The notes under the pieces: generated by a model | Seen by the model: the letters and a program-made list of their open reading frames with translations, nothing else | The model's database searches: none | Told to the model about the DNA's origin: nothing | Part shown: positions 1 to 11,050 of the stretch, in pieces | How the letters are laid out: each line of letters starts with the position of its first letter | Position numbering within the stretch: position 1 is the first letter of the stretch | Position numbers and translations under genes: made by a program | Assembly: GCA_977018835.1 (NCBI GenBank) | Contig: OZ361256.1 | Location: forward strand, 7,440,001 to 7,504,000 | Length of the DNA: 64,000 bases | Direction of reading: 5' to 3' | Origin: Minutocellus sp. GHC0000111 | Lineage: Eukaryota

Positions 1-1251
1 CCAGAGGGCAGAAAGATTTTTACATCTGCCCACAATTCGGGTGGTCTCAAATCGTTCTTTCCTCTCATGGAGCAGTTCTCGACGCAAACCGAACCAGCCT
101 ACTGCGGTCCAACGACCCTGGTGGTCATTTTGAATGCACTGGCGGTAGATCCTCGGCGTACCTGGAAGGGGCCTTGGAGGTGGTACGAGGAAAGCTTTCT
201 GAATTGTTGTGTTGATCTTGAGACGGTGAAGAAAACCGGCATAACACTGGGAACATTTGCGTGCTTGGCCAAATGCCAGGGCCTCACGGTAGAGGCTCAT
301 CATGGATCGGATAAGTCGGTCGATGAGTTTCGTGATGCCGTCAAGGCTGCATGTTTGGAACATTCAACCAGCACCAACAACAATGGGAACAGCACCGCCA
401 ATCACCAATTTCTTGCCGTCTCGTATACTCGCAAGGTTGTAGGTCAAACCGGAGATGGACATTTCAGTCCAATTGCTGCCTATGATGAAGCCAGTGACAG
501 TGTGTTGGTGCTTGATACTGCTCGCTTCAAATATGGACCCCATTGGATGCCGTTGCAGGTGATGTATGATGCCCTCCAACCCATTGACAAGGCGACCGGC
601 AAAAGTCGAGGATATGTTCTGCTTTCGTATGACTACAATGACCACGATCAATCCATAAATATGCCTCGATCCATTTTGTTCCGATCGAAGAAGGGTCAGG
701 ACCCCACCCGACGACTGTTCAAGGAATACATGAATGAGATGTCGTACAAAGTTTCGTTTGAGGATACTGTGCTTTATTGGACAAAGGATGGACAAGATGT
801 TGATTACATTTGGTCAATACTGGATGCTCAGCTTGTCCCAACAAGTGAAGAAGAGGAAGATGTCGTGACAAACGCACGATCTTTACTGACAGATCTCGTA
901 GGCTATGTAAGTAGCAACGCGTCGCGGGCTGAGATCAAAGAGCGGTACGATGAGCGATTACTGTACGAGTCCAAGTCCATGTGTGCCGATTCTTGCTCGG
1001 GAAATTCTTGTGAGGACACATTTACTTCTCGAAAGATTGCAATTAGTTCTATTGAGGCGATTCTTGTGCTATACTTGTCGACATTGGAGACAGGTGAAAT
1101 TAGAAATTTATTCCAGAGCTTTCAAGAGGAAAGCGGCGAGAAAGACTATCCAAATTTGACCTATGAGCAGTTGATATGCGAGGCCGATTTGATTCGCTAT
1201 GCAATCGAAGCCAGTGATGAATCGGAAGATGATGCCTTTGGGAGTATGTAA
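1..1251 (+). CDS. PCS: Phytochelatin synthase (5'-truncated by window edge)
   Basis: Frame is open from base 1 (PEGRKIF...FFPLMEQF). Motifs TQTEPAYCG (catalytic Cys), WKGPWRWY, GQTGDGHFSPIAAY (His) and LVLDTARFKYGPHW (Asp). Confidence 0.95.
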   Translation, partial: PEGRKIFTSAHNSGGLKSFFPLMEQFSTQTEPAYCGPTTLVVILNALAVDPRRTWKGPWRWYEESFLNCCVDLETVKKTGITLGTFACLAKCQGLTVEAHHGSDKSVDEFRDAVKAACLEHSTSTNNNGNSTANHQFLAVSYTRKVVGQTGDGHFSPIAAYDEASDSVLVLDTARFKYGPHWMPLQVMYDALQPIDKATGKSRGYVLLSYDYNDHDQSINMPRSILFRSKKGQDPTRRLFKEYMNEMSYKVSFEDTVLYWTKDGQDVDYIWSILDAQLVPTSEEEEDVVTNARSLLTDLVGYVSSNASRAEIKERYDERLLYESKSMCADSCSGNSCEDTFTSRKIAISSIEAILVLYLSTLETGEIRNLFQSFQEESGEKDYPNLTYEQLICEADLIRYAIEASDESEDDAFGSM

Positions 1252-1343
1252 AATCTACATGTATTAGAGTCAATATATATATATAAGTAAAGGATGAGTT
1301 ATATTCTCATATGATAACGTTCGTTCAAGTTCAACAATTATCA

Positions 1344-1765
1344 TCATTGCACCCTCGTAGCCTTGACGTCCAGCAACAAGCTCTCTCCCGGTATATCTTT
1401 CAACAATATCATGACCCGTCGTATCCGCTGCTTTGGTCCAAATCCAGATGGTACAGGGCCAGGCTTGCCATCTTCTACCCCATCCACATATGCCAGCTCG
1501 GGAGGGATGATGATGCGTCTTATGCCACCGACCATCATGCCTCTGATGCCTTCATCCAGTCCGGCAATCGCCCCCTTTGGATCTCCAACAGTGAAGATGA
1601 AGGGAACCCCTTCGTTCCGTTCGCTCGAATCGACAAGATATCCGTTACTTCTCTTCCCACTGAATATTTACCCGCTTGCCCTCCTCAACGACCTCACCCG
1701 AACCTGGTCGAAGGTCCTCATATGACACTCCTGCAGATTTAGTCTGACCGTCGCCACTAGGGCGA
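1344..1765 (-). pseudogene. FKBP-type PPIase (thylakoid FKBP16-like), frameshifted and lacking its 5' end
   Basis: Manual translation gives GVSYEDLRPGSGEVVEEGKRVNIQW, then a frame change near 1657, then KRSNGYLVDSS..PFIFTVGD..AIAGLDEGIRGMMVGGIRRIIIPPELAY. An in-frame stop lies just upstream (about 1770) and no start is visible. Confidence 0.7.
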
Positions 1766-1839
1766 AGACCTCAAGAACGAGGTGCAATTGTTGTAGTTGC
1801 ATGAGTTGAGAAAGAAGATGCGATCTTCCTTTCGTTTGT

Positions 1840-2327
1840 ATCGATATCGAGGTGTTTGTGCGGTATATTCACATACTTTCGCTGGATTGCTAGAAGTGTG
1901 CGTATGCTGTTTAGTCCCGGCGGAATTGAACAAGTGTCTGTCCGACCGAGACCCCCAATCGTTTTCTTCTCTGTTTTTGAGCACATGTGAATGCGCATCT
2001 TTCTTTGTTTTCCGTGCATTATTTATTGGCACTTCGATAAGTGAAATTCGGGCTGGCGAAGAAAGCCAAGACCGTCCGCGAAGCGCGGGGACCATTTCGA
2101 TCTAGTTGTCGGAGCCCATGAAAGTGGCACCGCCGCGCTGAGGAGCGCGAAGAGTGTGTCCGCTGCCGACATGACGGTTTTCGATGGACGCATCGACTGC
2201 CGATCGACAGGATAAATGTGATTCCGATGCCAGATCGACATCGAGGTGTTTGTGCGGTGTGTTCACATGCTTTCGCTGGATTGCTAGAAGTGCACGTAAG
2301 CTGATTAGTCCCGGCGGAATTGAACAA
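1840..2327. repeat. Diverged 94-bp direct repeat (1840-1933 and 2234-2327)
   Basis: The two copies align without gaps at offset 394, with 8 mismatches by manual count. Confidence 0.9.
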
Positions 2328-2675
2328 CGCTTGTGCCCCCGCTGCGTGGCTGCGTACGTACGTAGGTAGGCTGCCCGAAAAGGGTTCGCACACTTACTAC
2401 CGACGGTTTTGGTGCGAACCGCTAATTTGATCAAGTCGTGCTTGGCGCGGTTGGCGCGTTGGCGCACTGAACGTTGCTTCGATGTGCCGATGCCGTTGCT
2501 GGGTTCACTGTGGTCCGACAGCGTGGTCGACCTTAGAGGCGAAGCATATCTTGTGGTCCATCTGCTGCCCATCTGGACACTGACCTGACAGTTATTTATT
2601 CAGAGCTTTCACTTTTCGCTATATCCTTGTTGGCACGAGAGAAACACAACCACGTCGACGACGACCCCGGCAAGA

Positions 2676-4762
2676 ATGAGCGGCGCCGACGACAAGGCAT
2701 ACCAAGACCAAGACCTCGAGATGTCCCGCACGGATCCCAGTACCGATCACGACCACGGCCCTGGGGAAGAAGTTGCTCGCACCCAAAATGATCGGCCTGA
2801 TCAGCAACGGCAACAGCAACAGCAGCCATTAGGTGCTCACAATGCTACAATGATGGCCCCTCCATCGGCAGCCTACTTTCAGCATCCGGGACCGCTACAT
2901 GCCCAACCTCCTCATCCGCAGCACCATCCAATGATGGCTCCTATGCATATGTATGGCCCTCACCATGCAGCAGCCGCAGCCAATGGTGGAGGGATATCGT
3001 GGGGTGCAGATGTCCGACAGATCGATCGAACAGGCCAAACATTGGAATGCATTGATTCCGAAACGGTAGTCTCGGGCCTAACGATGCCCACGTGGTCGGC
3101 ACAGAGGCCGTGGGAGGCGCCCATTTACGATACTCCCTATCCTGATGACCCAAACAAGGCCTCGTCATCAGCGTCCTATGGGAGCAAGAGGGGTCGAGGT
3201 GATGACGACGATGGCACGGTGAAGACGCACTGGACCTTTTGGGATAAGCCACGCAACCGACGATTGTGCATACCTTTCATGGTTCTATTCCTGGCAGCGA
3301 TTGGTGTCGTTGTGGGTGTGATGGTCGCTGGAAAAGGAGGTGACGGCGGCGGCGGTGGAAATGGCACGCCCCTCACCAGTACAAATCCGGCACTTGGGTC
3401 AAACCCAGGAAATGCAAATGGCGGTACAGAGGAGCCAACGATGGCACCAACACGTCCGCCTCGAGGAGTGGGAGGTGTGATAGTTACAACAATCACAGAC
3501 AGTCCGACCATCTCGCTGATGCCCACAGTGGCACCCACCAACAGTCCCACTTCCACACCGACTACGGCGGCGCCGACCACTACGCCCACGCAAGCTCCGA
3601 CTGTCGAACCAGGCAATCCCACGAAGCGGCCGAGTACCAATGCCCCGACAGTTCAACCTTCACCTTCGCCAACGAAAACTCCCAGCGAGAGCCCGACAAC
3701 TTCCGAACCCACGAAATATCCTTCTCCGTCACCAACGTTCGGTAAGTTGTGAATTATTTGGTTCTTGACTTTGTGTTGAGTGGTATTTTTAGTGCCAAAT
3801 GTATGTATGTAAAATATTATTCCATGCGAAAGAAAATAGAAGCTGATAGAATTGTGTCTCTCTCCTTGTTACAAATCATTTCCAGATCCAACCGCTGAGC
3901 CTACACCTAAACCAAGCAGGAAACCTACAAAGAAGCCAAGCCCAGAACCAACGCCAGAGCCGACCGATGGTACGTCGAATTATCTTGGAGTCCTCGTTCT
4001 CATGTCGTTCCCTCGTATCTGAACTACAGGTGATGGCATCCACTACGTGTATTTCTCTAATCCATTTTTGCTGTCTCTATCTCTCTCGTTTCCTCAGAAC
4101 CGACGCTCGAACTGAGTCCAGCACCAAGCAGAAAGCCCACAAAGAAGCCGAGTCAATCTCCTACGCCAGCTCCAACTGATGGTAAGTCAAGGGTATACTT
4201 TATTAATCTCTGTCCACTTATTTTTCTACAACCTGATTCATTGAGACATGTTAATTCACCAATTACTCCGTCCTTTCTCTCATTTTCAACAGAACCAACA
4301 TTGGAGCCGACGCTAGAGCCGACAAAGAAGCCGACAAATTCTCCAGTGACAGCGAAGCCCAGCCCTGCGCCAACAAAAGATGATGTTCCCTGCACGATAT
4401 GTACTGACGAACGAAGTTGGTGGATGGAAAACATTGGAGGCATGGATTGCGATGAATGGGAGTTTGCATACACCACAAGATGCAAGCATGATGCCGATTG
4501 GAGAGCAGCCAAGTGGTGTCAGCACAGCTGCTTCGTCAATGGCGCGGGTTATGCCGGTGACAATTGCTGCGTCCAAACGATGAGAGCAAGCGATGGTTGT
4601 ACCGGTAGTGATTGTGATGAATCCAGGGGAGATGATGATATGGAGACCGCTGATCCTACGTTTGTACCGACGACAATGCCGACGGTTGCAGCAACAGAGC
4701 CTGTTACCGGTACTGTTTCCAGCACTACTAGTATTGCGGAAAGTACAGAGCCGGATCAATAA
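2676..4762 (+). CDS. Type II membrane protein with Pro/Thr-rich stalk and Cys-rich extracellular module; exons 2676-3741, 3886-3969, 4098-4181, 4293-4762
   Basis: Basic RNRR followed by a TM segment (LCIPFMVLFLAAIGVVVGVMV). PT/PS repeats. Three phase-1 GT-AG introns join the exons in frame. Module CTICTD...CQHSC...GY.GDNCC. Confidence 0.8.
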
Positions 4763-4827
4763 TGCAATATCTGTAAGAATTTTTATATGCAATCCTGGCA
4801 TTTCATCATCGTAGCTCTCCAAGTAGC

Positions 4828-5901
4828 TTAGCTTTCTGCCTCGGCATTATCGCTACTGGAAGCAATTGTGGGAAGCACGAAATCTCCCTCGTCCCATATC
4901 TTGGCCAAAGGCTTGCCCTCCTGCACCCGCTTGATGGTGGCGTCCACAACGCTCACGATATCGGCCGTCACCTCTTCCACAGTTTTGCTTGCATCGATGA
5001 TGTGCCACGGCACCCGTCCCTGCTTCTCGTCCATTTCCTGCAACTCAGCAAATCGCTTGCGGACACGGATCTGTAAATCACGCTTCTCATACCGCTCTCC
5101 TCCATATCTGAGTTTTGTCCCACGAAGCAAGCACAGCATAATTCAGACCATTGCATTCGAGCAGATGTTGTTGAATAACAAGGGGTGCATGTGTAAGTTA
5201 TTGTTTTCAACTGAAAAAGATATGAATAGACACACACCCGCTCTGCAGTCAGCAAGCATACACGCCACAAATATTGAGCCGATTGAGACAACGTAGGCAA
5301 ACAATGCCCAAAACGAATTCGACTGCCTCGGCTCCTGAATCATGTATTCAACTTACCCTCCCCTCTTCTCGGCCTCATCCTGGCTCAGATCAAGGAACAG
5401 GACGCAGTCCGGAGCCGGCAGGCCTACATCGGGGCCCTTGCACCAGTCAATGCTGAGGTCTTCCGCGGCGCTGCCACCGCTGGCGGCCGCCGCACCATCG
5501 TCGCCGCCATCCCTCCGATCCTCCTTGGTCTTGGCGCTGCTGAACGCCACGCCAGAGTAGGCGTACCGATCGCACACGATGGTCTTGCCCTCCGCCAGGG
5601 TTTGGGCCAGGTTCGGCACCGCCTCCCACCGGTTGGCGCTGAAGAGCAGATGGACCGCCCTGTCGTCGAGGTCGGCGCCGGACTGGAGATATCCGTCGAT
5701 GAGCTTGCCCACCTGGGTGGTCCGGTCGGGGAAGCGGAGGGCCACGGCCGCCATGGAGAGGGAGAGGAGATGCTTCAAGAGGAGGCCGCACTGGGTGGTC
5801 TTGCCGCACCTGTCCACACCCTCCAAGAGGATGAAGGCTCCGCGAGACGCGGCAGCGGCGGGGGTACCAGACGCTGCTGGTTTGGTGCCGTCGACGATCA
5901 T
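4828..5901 (-). CDS. DTYMK: Thymidylate kinase; intron 5108-5356
   Basis: RGAFILLEGVDRCGKTTQ P-loop, RFPDRTT, HLLFSANRWE, DRYAYSG. Splicing GTAAGT..CAG restores RGGYGGERYE. Confidence 0.95.
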
Positions 5902-6344
5902 GGTCGAATTATTGCATGACTTTTTTGCAGCGGGAAATTTGGCGGGTTGCGCCAAGCAAGCCTGCCAGACCTGCCGCACGCCAGCCAAACCTCAAAACAG
6001 CTAAATTTCACAAAAATAGACAGCGAAGTTTGTTTGTTTGCGAAGTGCTGCCTAATTTTCTTCTTTCGGTGTTCCATGCCTCGTGCATCTCGAACATAAG
6101 CAGGGCAATTGCTTTGAATCTGCTCAGGACGATAGCAATACGTGTAGAGTCAAAGAACTTCAGAGCGTATCTTGCGATTCCGAGATTATTCTGGATCTTT
6201 GAGTCATCGAATCCGAGCACAAAGAACCACCGCCATTGGTCCGATCCAGGAGTGGTAGGGATCCCTATCAGCCATATCTTTTCGCCAGACGGCGGCTCCT
6301 GTGTTGTTTGTCGAGATCGTCATATAAATAACAAACCATCAAAA

Positions 6345-8630
6345 ATGGAGAACGTAGCCGCATCGCCGATGAATGCCTCGCCGGTCATTGACGAAGACGG
6401 TGTCGATGAAGAGGAGATGATGCAAGAGGATGATAACGATGACGGCGACGAAGGTCCTTCCTCCTCGCAGCTCGATAAGATCCCCCTCTCCTCCACGATT
6501 GGTTCGCTTTCGCAATCCGAAAAGGGATTTCGGACCAACGATGATGACGACGAGGAAGATGGCGATGATGGCGGTGATGACAATTCGATGAACAGCAGCG
6601 ACCAAGACGAAGAGGCTGAGAAGAATCTGCCCAATCTTGTGGTGGATCCGTACGGTCATCCGTCTGGTCGGGGTGGCGCGAATGTTCTGGACGGTACCGC
6701 CTCCCATCGCCGATCGTCCGACCCGTTCACTCCACTCGACTATTCTGGTCCCACGACCGCCGAGGATACAGAACCGGCTCGACCGGAAGAGGTTTATGGC
6801 CTCGCTGTGGAGGTTGCTGCCAGCAAGGGCAAGCGATTTCCGGAAAGTGGGGTAGAGGCTGCTGCCGCCGGCGACGACGAGAACATGGCGGAAGATGTCG
6901 AAGAGGCCGACGATGCAGGGTCGTTGGGATCAGATGCCAGTGACATTGGCAGTGTCCCCAGCGGTGGCAGTTCGGGACTGTCTGGCGATGAGAATGACAG
7001 CGACGATGACAGTCTGAGCAGCTCCAGACAGAGAGCCGGTGCGGCGTCTGCAGAAGATTCGGATGATCTCAATGTAGCTGGAGCTGGAGTCAAGTCGGTC
7101 CATTCGACGGATGCCGAGAAGAATGACATCGACCGAGATTTCGATGAAGATGACGATTTTATGGCTTCGAGCTTGGTTCGGCTGAGTGGCGATCAGAAGC
7201 ATCAGGCAATGAGAGAACGGAAGCGTACCGTGGTCGAGGCTGGAATGTTGAGCGGCTCAAATGTTGGAAGTGGCAGTGATGAGTCTCACAATCGCAGCAG
7301 TGACGATGATTCGGCTGATCGACGCCCTCCGCCTGCTCGACAGATTATCATGCGAGGAGGTGGACGTGGTGGCTTGTCCAAATTTGAGGCTATGAAACGC
7401 AAACGAGTTGCATTGGAAACCTCCCATTCGAATGAGCAAGAAGAGGATACCTCGGATGACAGCGATGCACCAAGCTCGCCTGAGAAGCAACGAGAGGCAA
7501 GCAGAGAAGCGTCCAAGCTTGACGCACTTCGAAGATTGGCCCGTGGAGGTGGAAAAGGTCGCTCAGACACAAAGAAGCTTCGCTTTTCAGATGAATCTGG
7601 CGGTTTGGAACGTAGCGGGAGGAACACCGTCACCGTCACCGTCCTAGGATCGGCTCAGGATGGAGGTTTGCCGCAACCTGGATGTTACGGCTCTTGTTGT
7701 GAGTGGGCTCGAAATGATCCTCTCCGTCGCCGAATGCCCGTTGCACTGGGTATCACAGGTAAAGATGGATCCAAGCACCTCGTCGAGGCGTCAAGATGTC
7801 TTGGTGAGCAAATTGATCTGTGGAAAAGCTGCGGTACATACGCACTCCAAAGCAGTGGTGGAGCAGAGGACGACACTGAGCGTACATGTCCCGTCGATTC
7901 AGTGTGCATAACACACGCGCATCTTGGCCACGTGGATGGCCTTGGTCTCTTCGGGAGAGAGGTGATTGGAGCTAAGAATCTTCCACTTCATTGTTCTACC
8001 TCGTTCAAGAAAGAAGGGATCGATGGGAATCCTCTTTGGAGTGCGATGTTTGAACAGGGCTGCATTGTTCCAAAAGTGTGGGATAAAGAGACAGCTGGCT
8101 TTGTCCCTGGATCTGGAGAGGCAGTTGGAGGAGGAGACGGTGACGAGGATATGCCAGAGGCTGCAACAGAAGTAGGTTTTTTGGTCCATCCGCTTCCTGT
8201 GCCCCATCGAGCAGAGCTGAGCGATACTCACGCTTTCTTATTCGAGGGTGTGCCATCTGGGAGACGACTGCTCTTTCTTCCGGATCAGGACAACTGGGAT
8301 AAGACGTTGGAGGCAGTCGGATGCTCCTCCGTTCGAGAGTGGCTCGTTGACAAGCTCGATGTTGATATCGCTCTACTCGATGGGACATTCTTCAATCCAC
8401 AAGCCGAGCTTGGCAACGTCCGCAATATTGATGAAATTCCCCATCCCCCCGTTGCTGAGACGTTGGTCAAGCTTGGTAAGAAGCAAAAGGGTGAAGATAA
8501 AGACAGAAGATTCATCTTCTGCCACTTGAATCATACCAACCCTTTGTGCAATCCCAACAGTACCGAGAGGAAGTTGGTGGAGGAATCGGGATGGGAAGTT
8601 GCTTCGGAAGGGGATATATTTGAATTGTGA
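6345..8630 (+). CDS. Acidic low-complexity N-terminus fused to a PqqB-like metallo-beta-lactamase-fold hydrolase
   Basis: Domain from about 7626: VLGSAQDGGLPQPGC..C, THAHLGH, PVPHR.E.SDT, LFLPDQD.W, LDGTFF, EIPHP, HLNHTNP. The ATG at 6345 follows an A-rich context. Confidence 0.8.
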   Translation: MENVAASPMNASPVIDEDGVDEEEMMQEDDNDDGDEGPSSSQLDKIPLSSTIGSLSQSEKGFRTNDDDDEEDGDDGGDDNSMNSSDQDEEAEKNLPNLVVDPYGHPSGRGGANVLDGTASHRRSSDPFTPLDYSGPTTAEDTEPARPEEVYGLAVEVAASKGKRFPESGVEAAAAGDDENMAEDVEEADDAGSLGSDASDIGSVPSGGSSGLSGDENDSDDDSLSSSRQRAGAASAEDSDDLNVAGAGVKSVHSTDAEKNDIDRDFDEDDDFMASSLVRLSGDQKHQAMRERKRTVVEAGMLSGSNVGSGSDESHNRSSDDDSADRRPPPARQIIMRGGGRGGLSKFEAMKRKRVALETSHSNEQEEDTSDDSDAPSSPEKQREASREASKLDALRRLARGGGKGRSDTKKLRFSDESGGLERSGRNTVTVTVLGSAQDGGLPQPGCYGSCCEWARNDPLRRRMPVALGITGKDGSKHLVEASRCLGEQIDLWKSCGTYALQSSGGAEDDTERTCPVDSVCITHAHLGHVDGLGLFGREVIGAKNLPLHCSTSFKKEGIDGNPLWSAMFEQGCIVPKVWDKETAGFVPGSGEAVGGGDGDEDMPEAATEVGFLVHPLPVPHRAELSDTHAFLFEGVPSGRRLLFLPDQDNWDKTLEAVGCSSVREWLVDKLDVDIALLDGTFFNPQAELGNVRNIDEIPHPPVAETLVKLGKKQKGEDKDRRFIFCHLNHTNPLCNPNSTERKLVEESGWEVASEGDIFEL

Positions 8631-9049
8631 TAGAAATTTATTAGATGTTGTATGTATTCGGTGCTTTTATGTGGGTCTCGAAAGGGATTTAATTTATTTG
8701 TGGCAAATTCGCCATTCATGAGGTGATGTACGTCGTAAGGAAGTAAATATAATCGGAATTGCGTGGTATTTTCTAGTCATAGCTACCAAATAAATAGATA
8801 GACGCCCTACGCTACGTAGCCGTCGCGAGCCGTTCGGTCTCCCTTAACGACTACTCAGCAACTGTTTGTTTACGAAGCAGCAGTAGCTGCAACTTTATTC
8901 CCAAATGCAGAAGAGTACCAATGGTAGTGCTCTGGCTCTAGCTAGAAGACGTTCGTAGTAGTACAGCCCCAGATTTGTGTCACTGGTAGCCGTCTCTCTG
9001 ATAGTCCAATCAATTGCTCACCACAAAAATAAAATCCGGGAATCGTTCT

Positions 9050-9340
9050 CTATATATCCTCGCGCCTTCGCTCAACTCCCATGGTCGTCCTCGTGACAAT
9101 GGTAGCTCCCCTTCTGCCCGATGGTGCTGTGTTATTGCTCGGCTCTGCTCCTGCCCCGCCTCCGCCTGCTGCTTGAGCTGCCGCTGCTGCTTCCTTCTCA
9201 GCGGCAATGCGCCTCGCTCGCTCAATATCGGACAAACGAATGTTCACAGCAATGTACATGACAACCCCCTGCACTCCGAAGAGCACCCTCCACCTCGTTG
9301 GCATGCGTCGGAGCCACGCCAAACGTTCTTGAAAGTTCAT
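9050..9340 (-). CDS. Small hypothetical single-pass membrane protein (96 aa)
   Basis: MNFQERLAWLRRMPTRWRVLFGVQGVVMYIAVNIRL..., preceded by an A/C-rich UTR-like stretch. It is in frame with the upstream AAA fragment. Confidence 0.5.
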   Translation of the reverse strand: MNFQERLAWLRRMPTRWRVLFGVQGVVMYIAVNIRLSDIERARRIAAEKEAAAAAQAAGGGGAGAEPSNNTAPSGRRGATIVTRTTMGVERRREDI

Positions 9341-9367
9341 CTCAATATTGTGATGCTTTGATGTGTT

Positions 9368-10230
9368 GATTACGTGAAGGCCACTCTTGGATGCGTCGCC
9401 GTTGCAGGCACGAAGCTCCTCCTCGGCGTCCTCAAACATGCGCCTTACAAGAGCCTCTGATGAGCCAACCCACCTATCAAGCAGCTCGGGCGCATTTATT
9501 ATCTGCACAGGGCGTGAGCGGAGAGCAGAGGCGATTCCTCGGGCGAGACCACTCTTGCCGCAACCCGATGGTCCATACAAGAGAAGTCCCCTAACAGGCG
9601 AGAGCCCTAATGCCTGCAATTCCCTCGCTTCGAGCATTCCATAGATAGGGTCTTCATCCCCAACTTCTACCAAAGAATTAAAGGCACGCCCACTCAGTAC
9701 TCTTCGAACAATATTGTTGATAGCTGGTTGCATCCCACCAACTTTTGCAGATAAAGATCGCTGCAAAAGGTCATCACGTTCCTTACCACCGGATATTATG
9801 AGCTGCTCAGATGGGGATGATGAGAGAGTTGTGTTATTTTTGTCCAAGCCAGTCTCTTGTTGAATCCCTGTGGAATCATTCCAAATGAACATGTCATGAG
9901 GATCCCAACCAAAGCCGTGTGTATACATATCGATGCTTTCCCTTGGATTATCATTGTCTTCGAGCTGGTCAAGGGCAGTCATTTCCGTTTGGGGAGGCAA
10001 TACACTCAATTCTAAAAGTGCGCAAGGACCCATGTCAACAGCTGAATATACTCTAAGAGGTCCACCATACTGCATCCATGATGAATCGACTGACAATTCA
10101 AGCTTCTCTCCCACTTTGCGAGGTGGTTTCATGCTGCTGGACGATCCTAGCAAACGATGTCGCCGCACTCCGCCGTACAGCACCTTCCCATACGATACTC
10201 CACCGCTGGGCGTTTCGAGGGGAGATCTCA
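9368..10230 (-). pseudogene. NSF-like AAA+ ATPase fragment, truncated at Walker B
   Basis: VGGM, PVRGLLLYGPSGCGKS (Walker A), APELLDRWVGSSEALVRRMFEDAEEE, SGLHVI. It ends just before the expected hhDE. The 5' end runs into repeats. Confidence 0.75.
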
Positions 10231-10232
10231 CA

Positions 10233-11050
10233 ACAGCGGCAGCTGATCAAACCGCCAGCAGCGGCAGCGGCAGCACATCAAACCTCATCAACCGCGGCGG
10301 CAGCATGTCAAAACCTCCAGCATGTCAAGCCGCAGCACTAATCAAACCGCCAGCAGCACATCAAACCTCATCAGCCGCGGCAGCACATCAGACCACCCGC
10401 AGCATGTCATGGTACGGAGGCTTGATTTTTGCTCGAGGAACGTCTTCCTTTGCGAGACGAGCTTGCGCACACTTTCGATAACAACGAGCATGCTGAGTAG
10501 AACTGCTACCATCATCATGCTGTTGTGATGTGAAATATTGTTTACAACAATGATGTTAGGGATAGAAAGAATGTCAAAGTGATTCACTGGCACAAACCAC
10601 GTAATCTCACCGGTCGCTTCGTCCCGCCGACACGATTTCGAACGCAGACCATTCTGGGGGGATGGATGAGCAACAACACCTCTTGGCGAACTCTGTAGCA
10701 ACACTCCAATAATAAAAAGTGCTATGTCCTTGATGTTACAGATGAGGAATGTGAGAGTCGAGCACTCCAACCCATGCGGCGGCTACTTTCAAGACAGGCC
10801 TGTCTTGAAACTAATTGTAAGTAACTGTTCAAGAGTGCAATCGGATCGGTGCGCCGCCGCAGCAGCAGCATGTCTTCCAACAACCAGCACGCGCGTCAAA
10901 CGGCCAACCAGCACATCAAAACGTCCAGCGCATCGCTTCCATTCCACGACCAAAGTGCTCCCCGCGTAAAGACACGCGAACATAGTAGCACGAAGTGCCG
11001 TAGCATTTCCCAAAGAAAACTAGCGCACGAAGTGCCACCACAGCATTGAA
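10233..11050. repeat. Low-complexity A/C-skewed region with recurring CAGCACATCAAA / CAGCATGTC motifs
   Basis: Internal duplication at about 10247-10297 and 10341-10381. The motifs recur at about 10865-10930. Confidence 0.6.

Noticed and set aside
5916..6344. N-terminal 143 codons of the 904-aa ORF
   Set aside because: They span the divergent promoter shared with DTYMK and have non-coding composition.
7626..8630. PQQ biosynthesis cluster
   Set aside because: No pqqA, C, D or E-like genes in the window, and the neighbours are eukaryotic housekeeping genes.
1840..11050. CRISPR array in the repeats at 1840-2327 or 10233-11050
   Set aside because: No regular repeat-spacer period, no cas genes, eukaryotic context.
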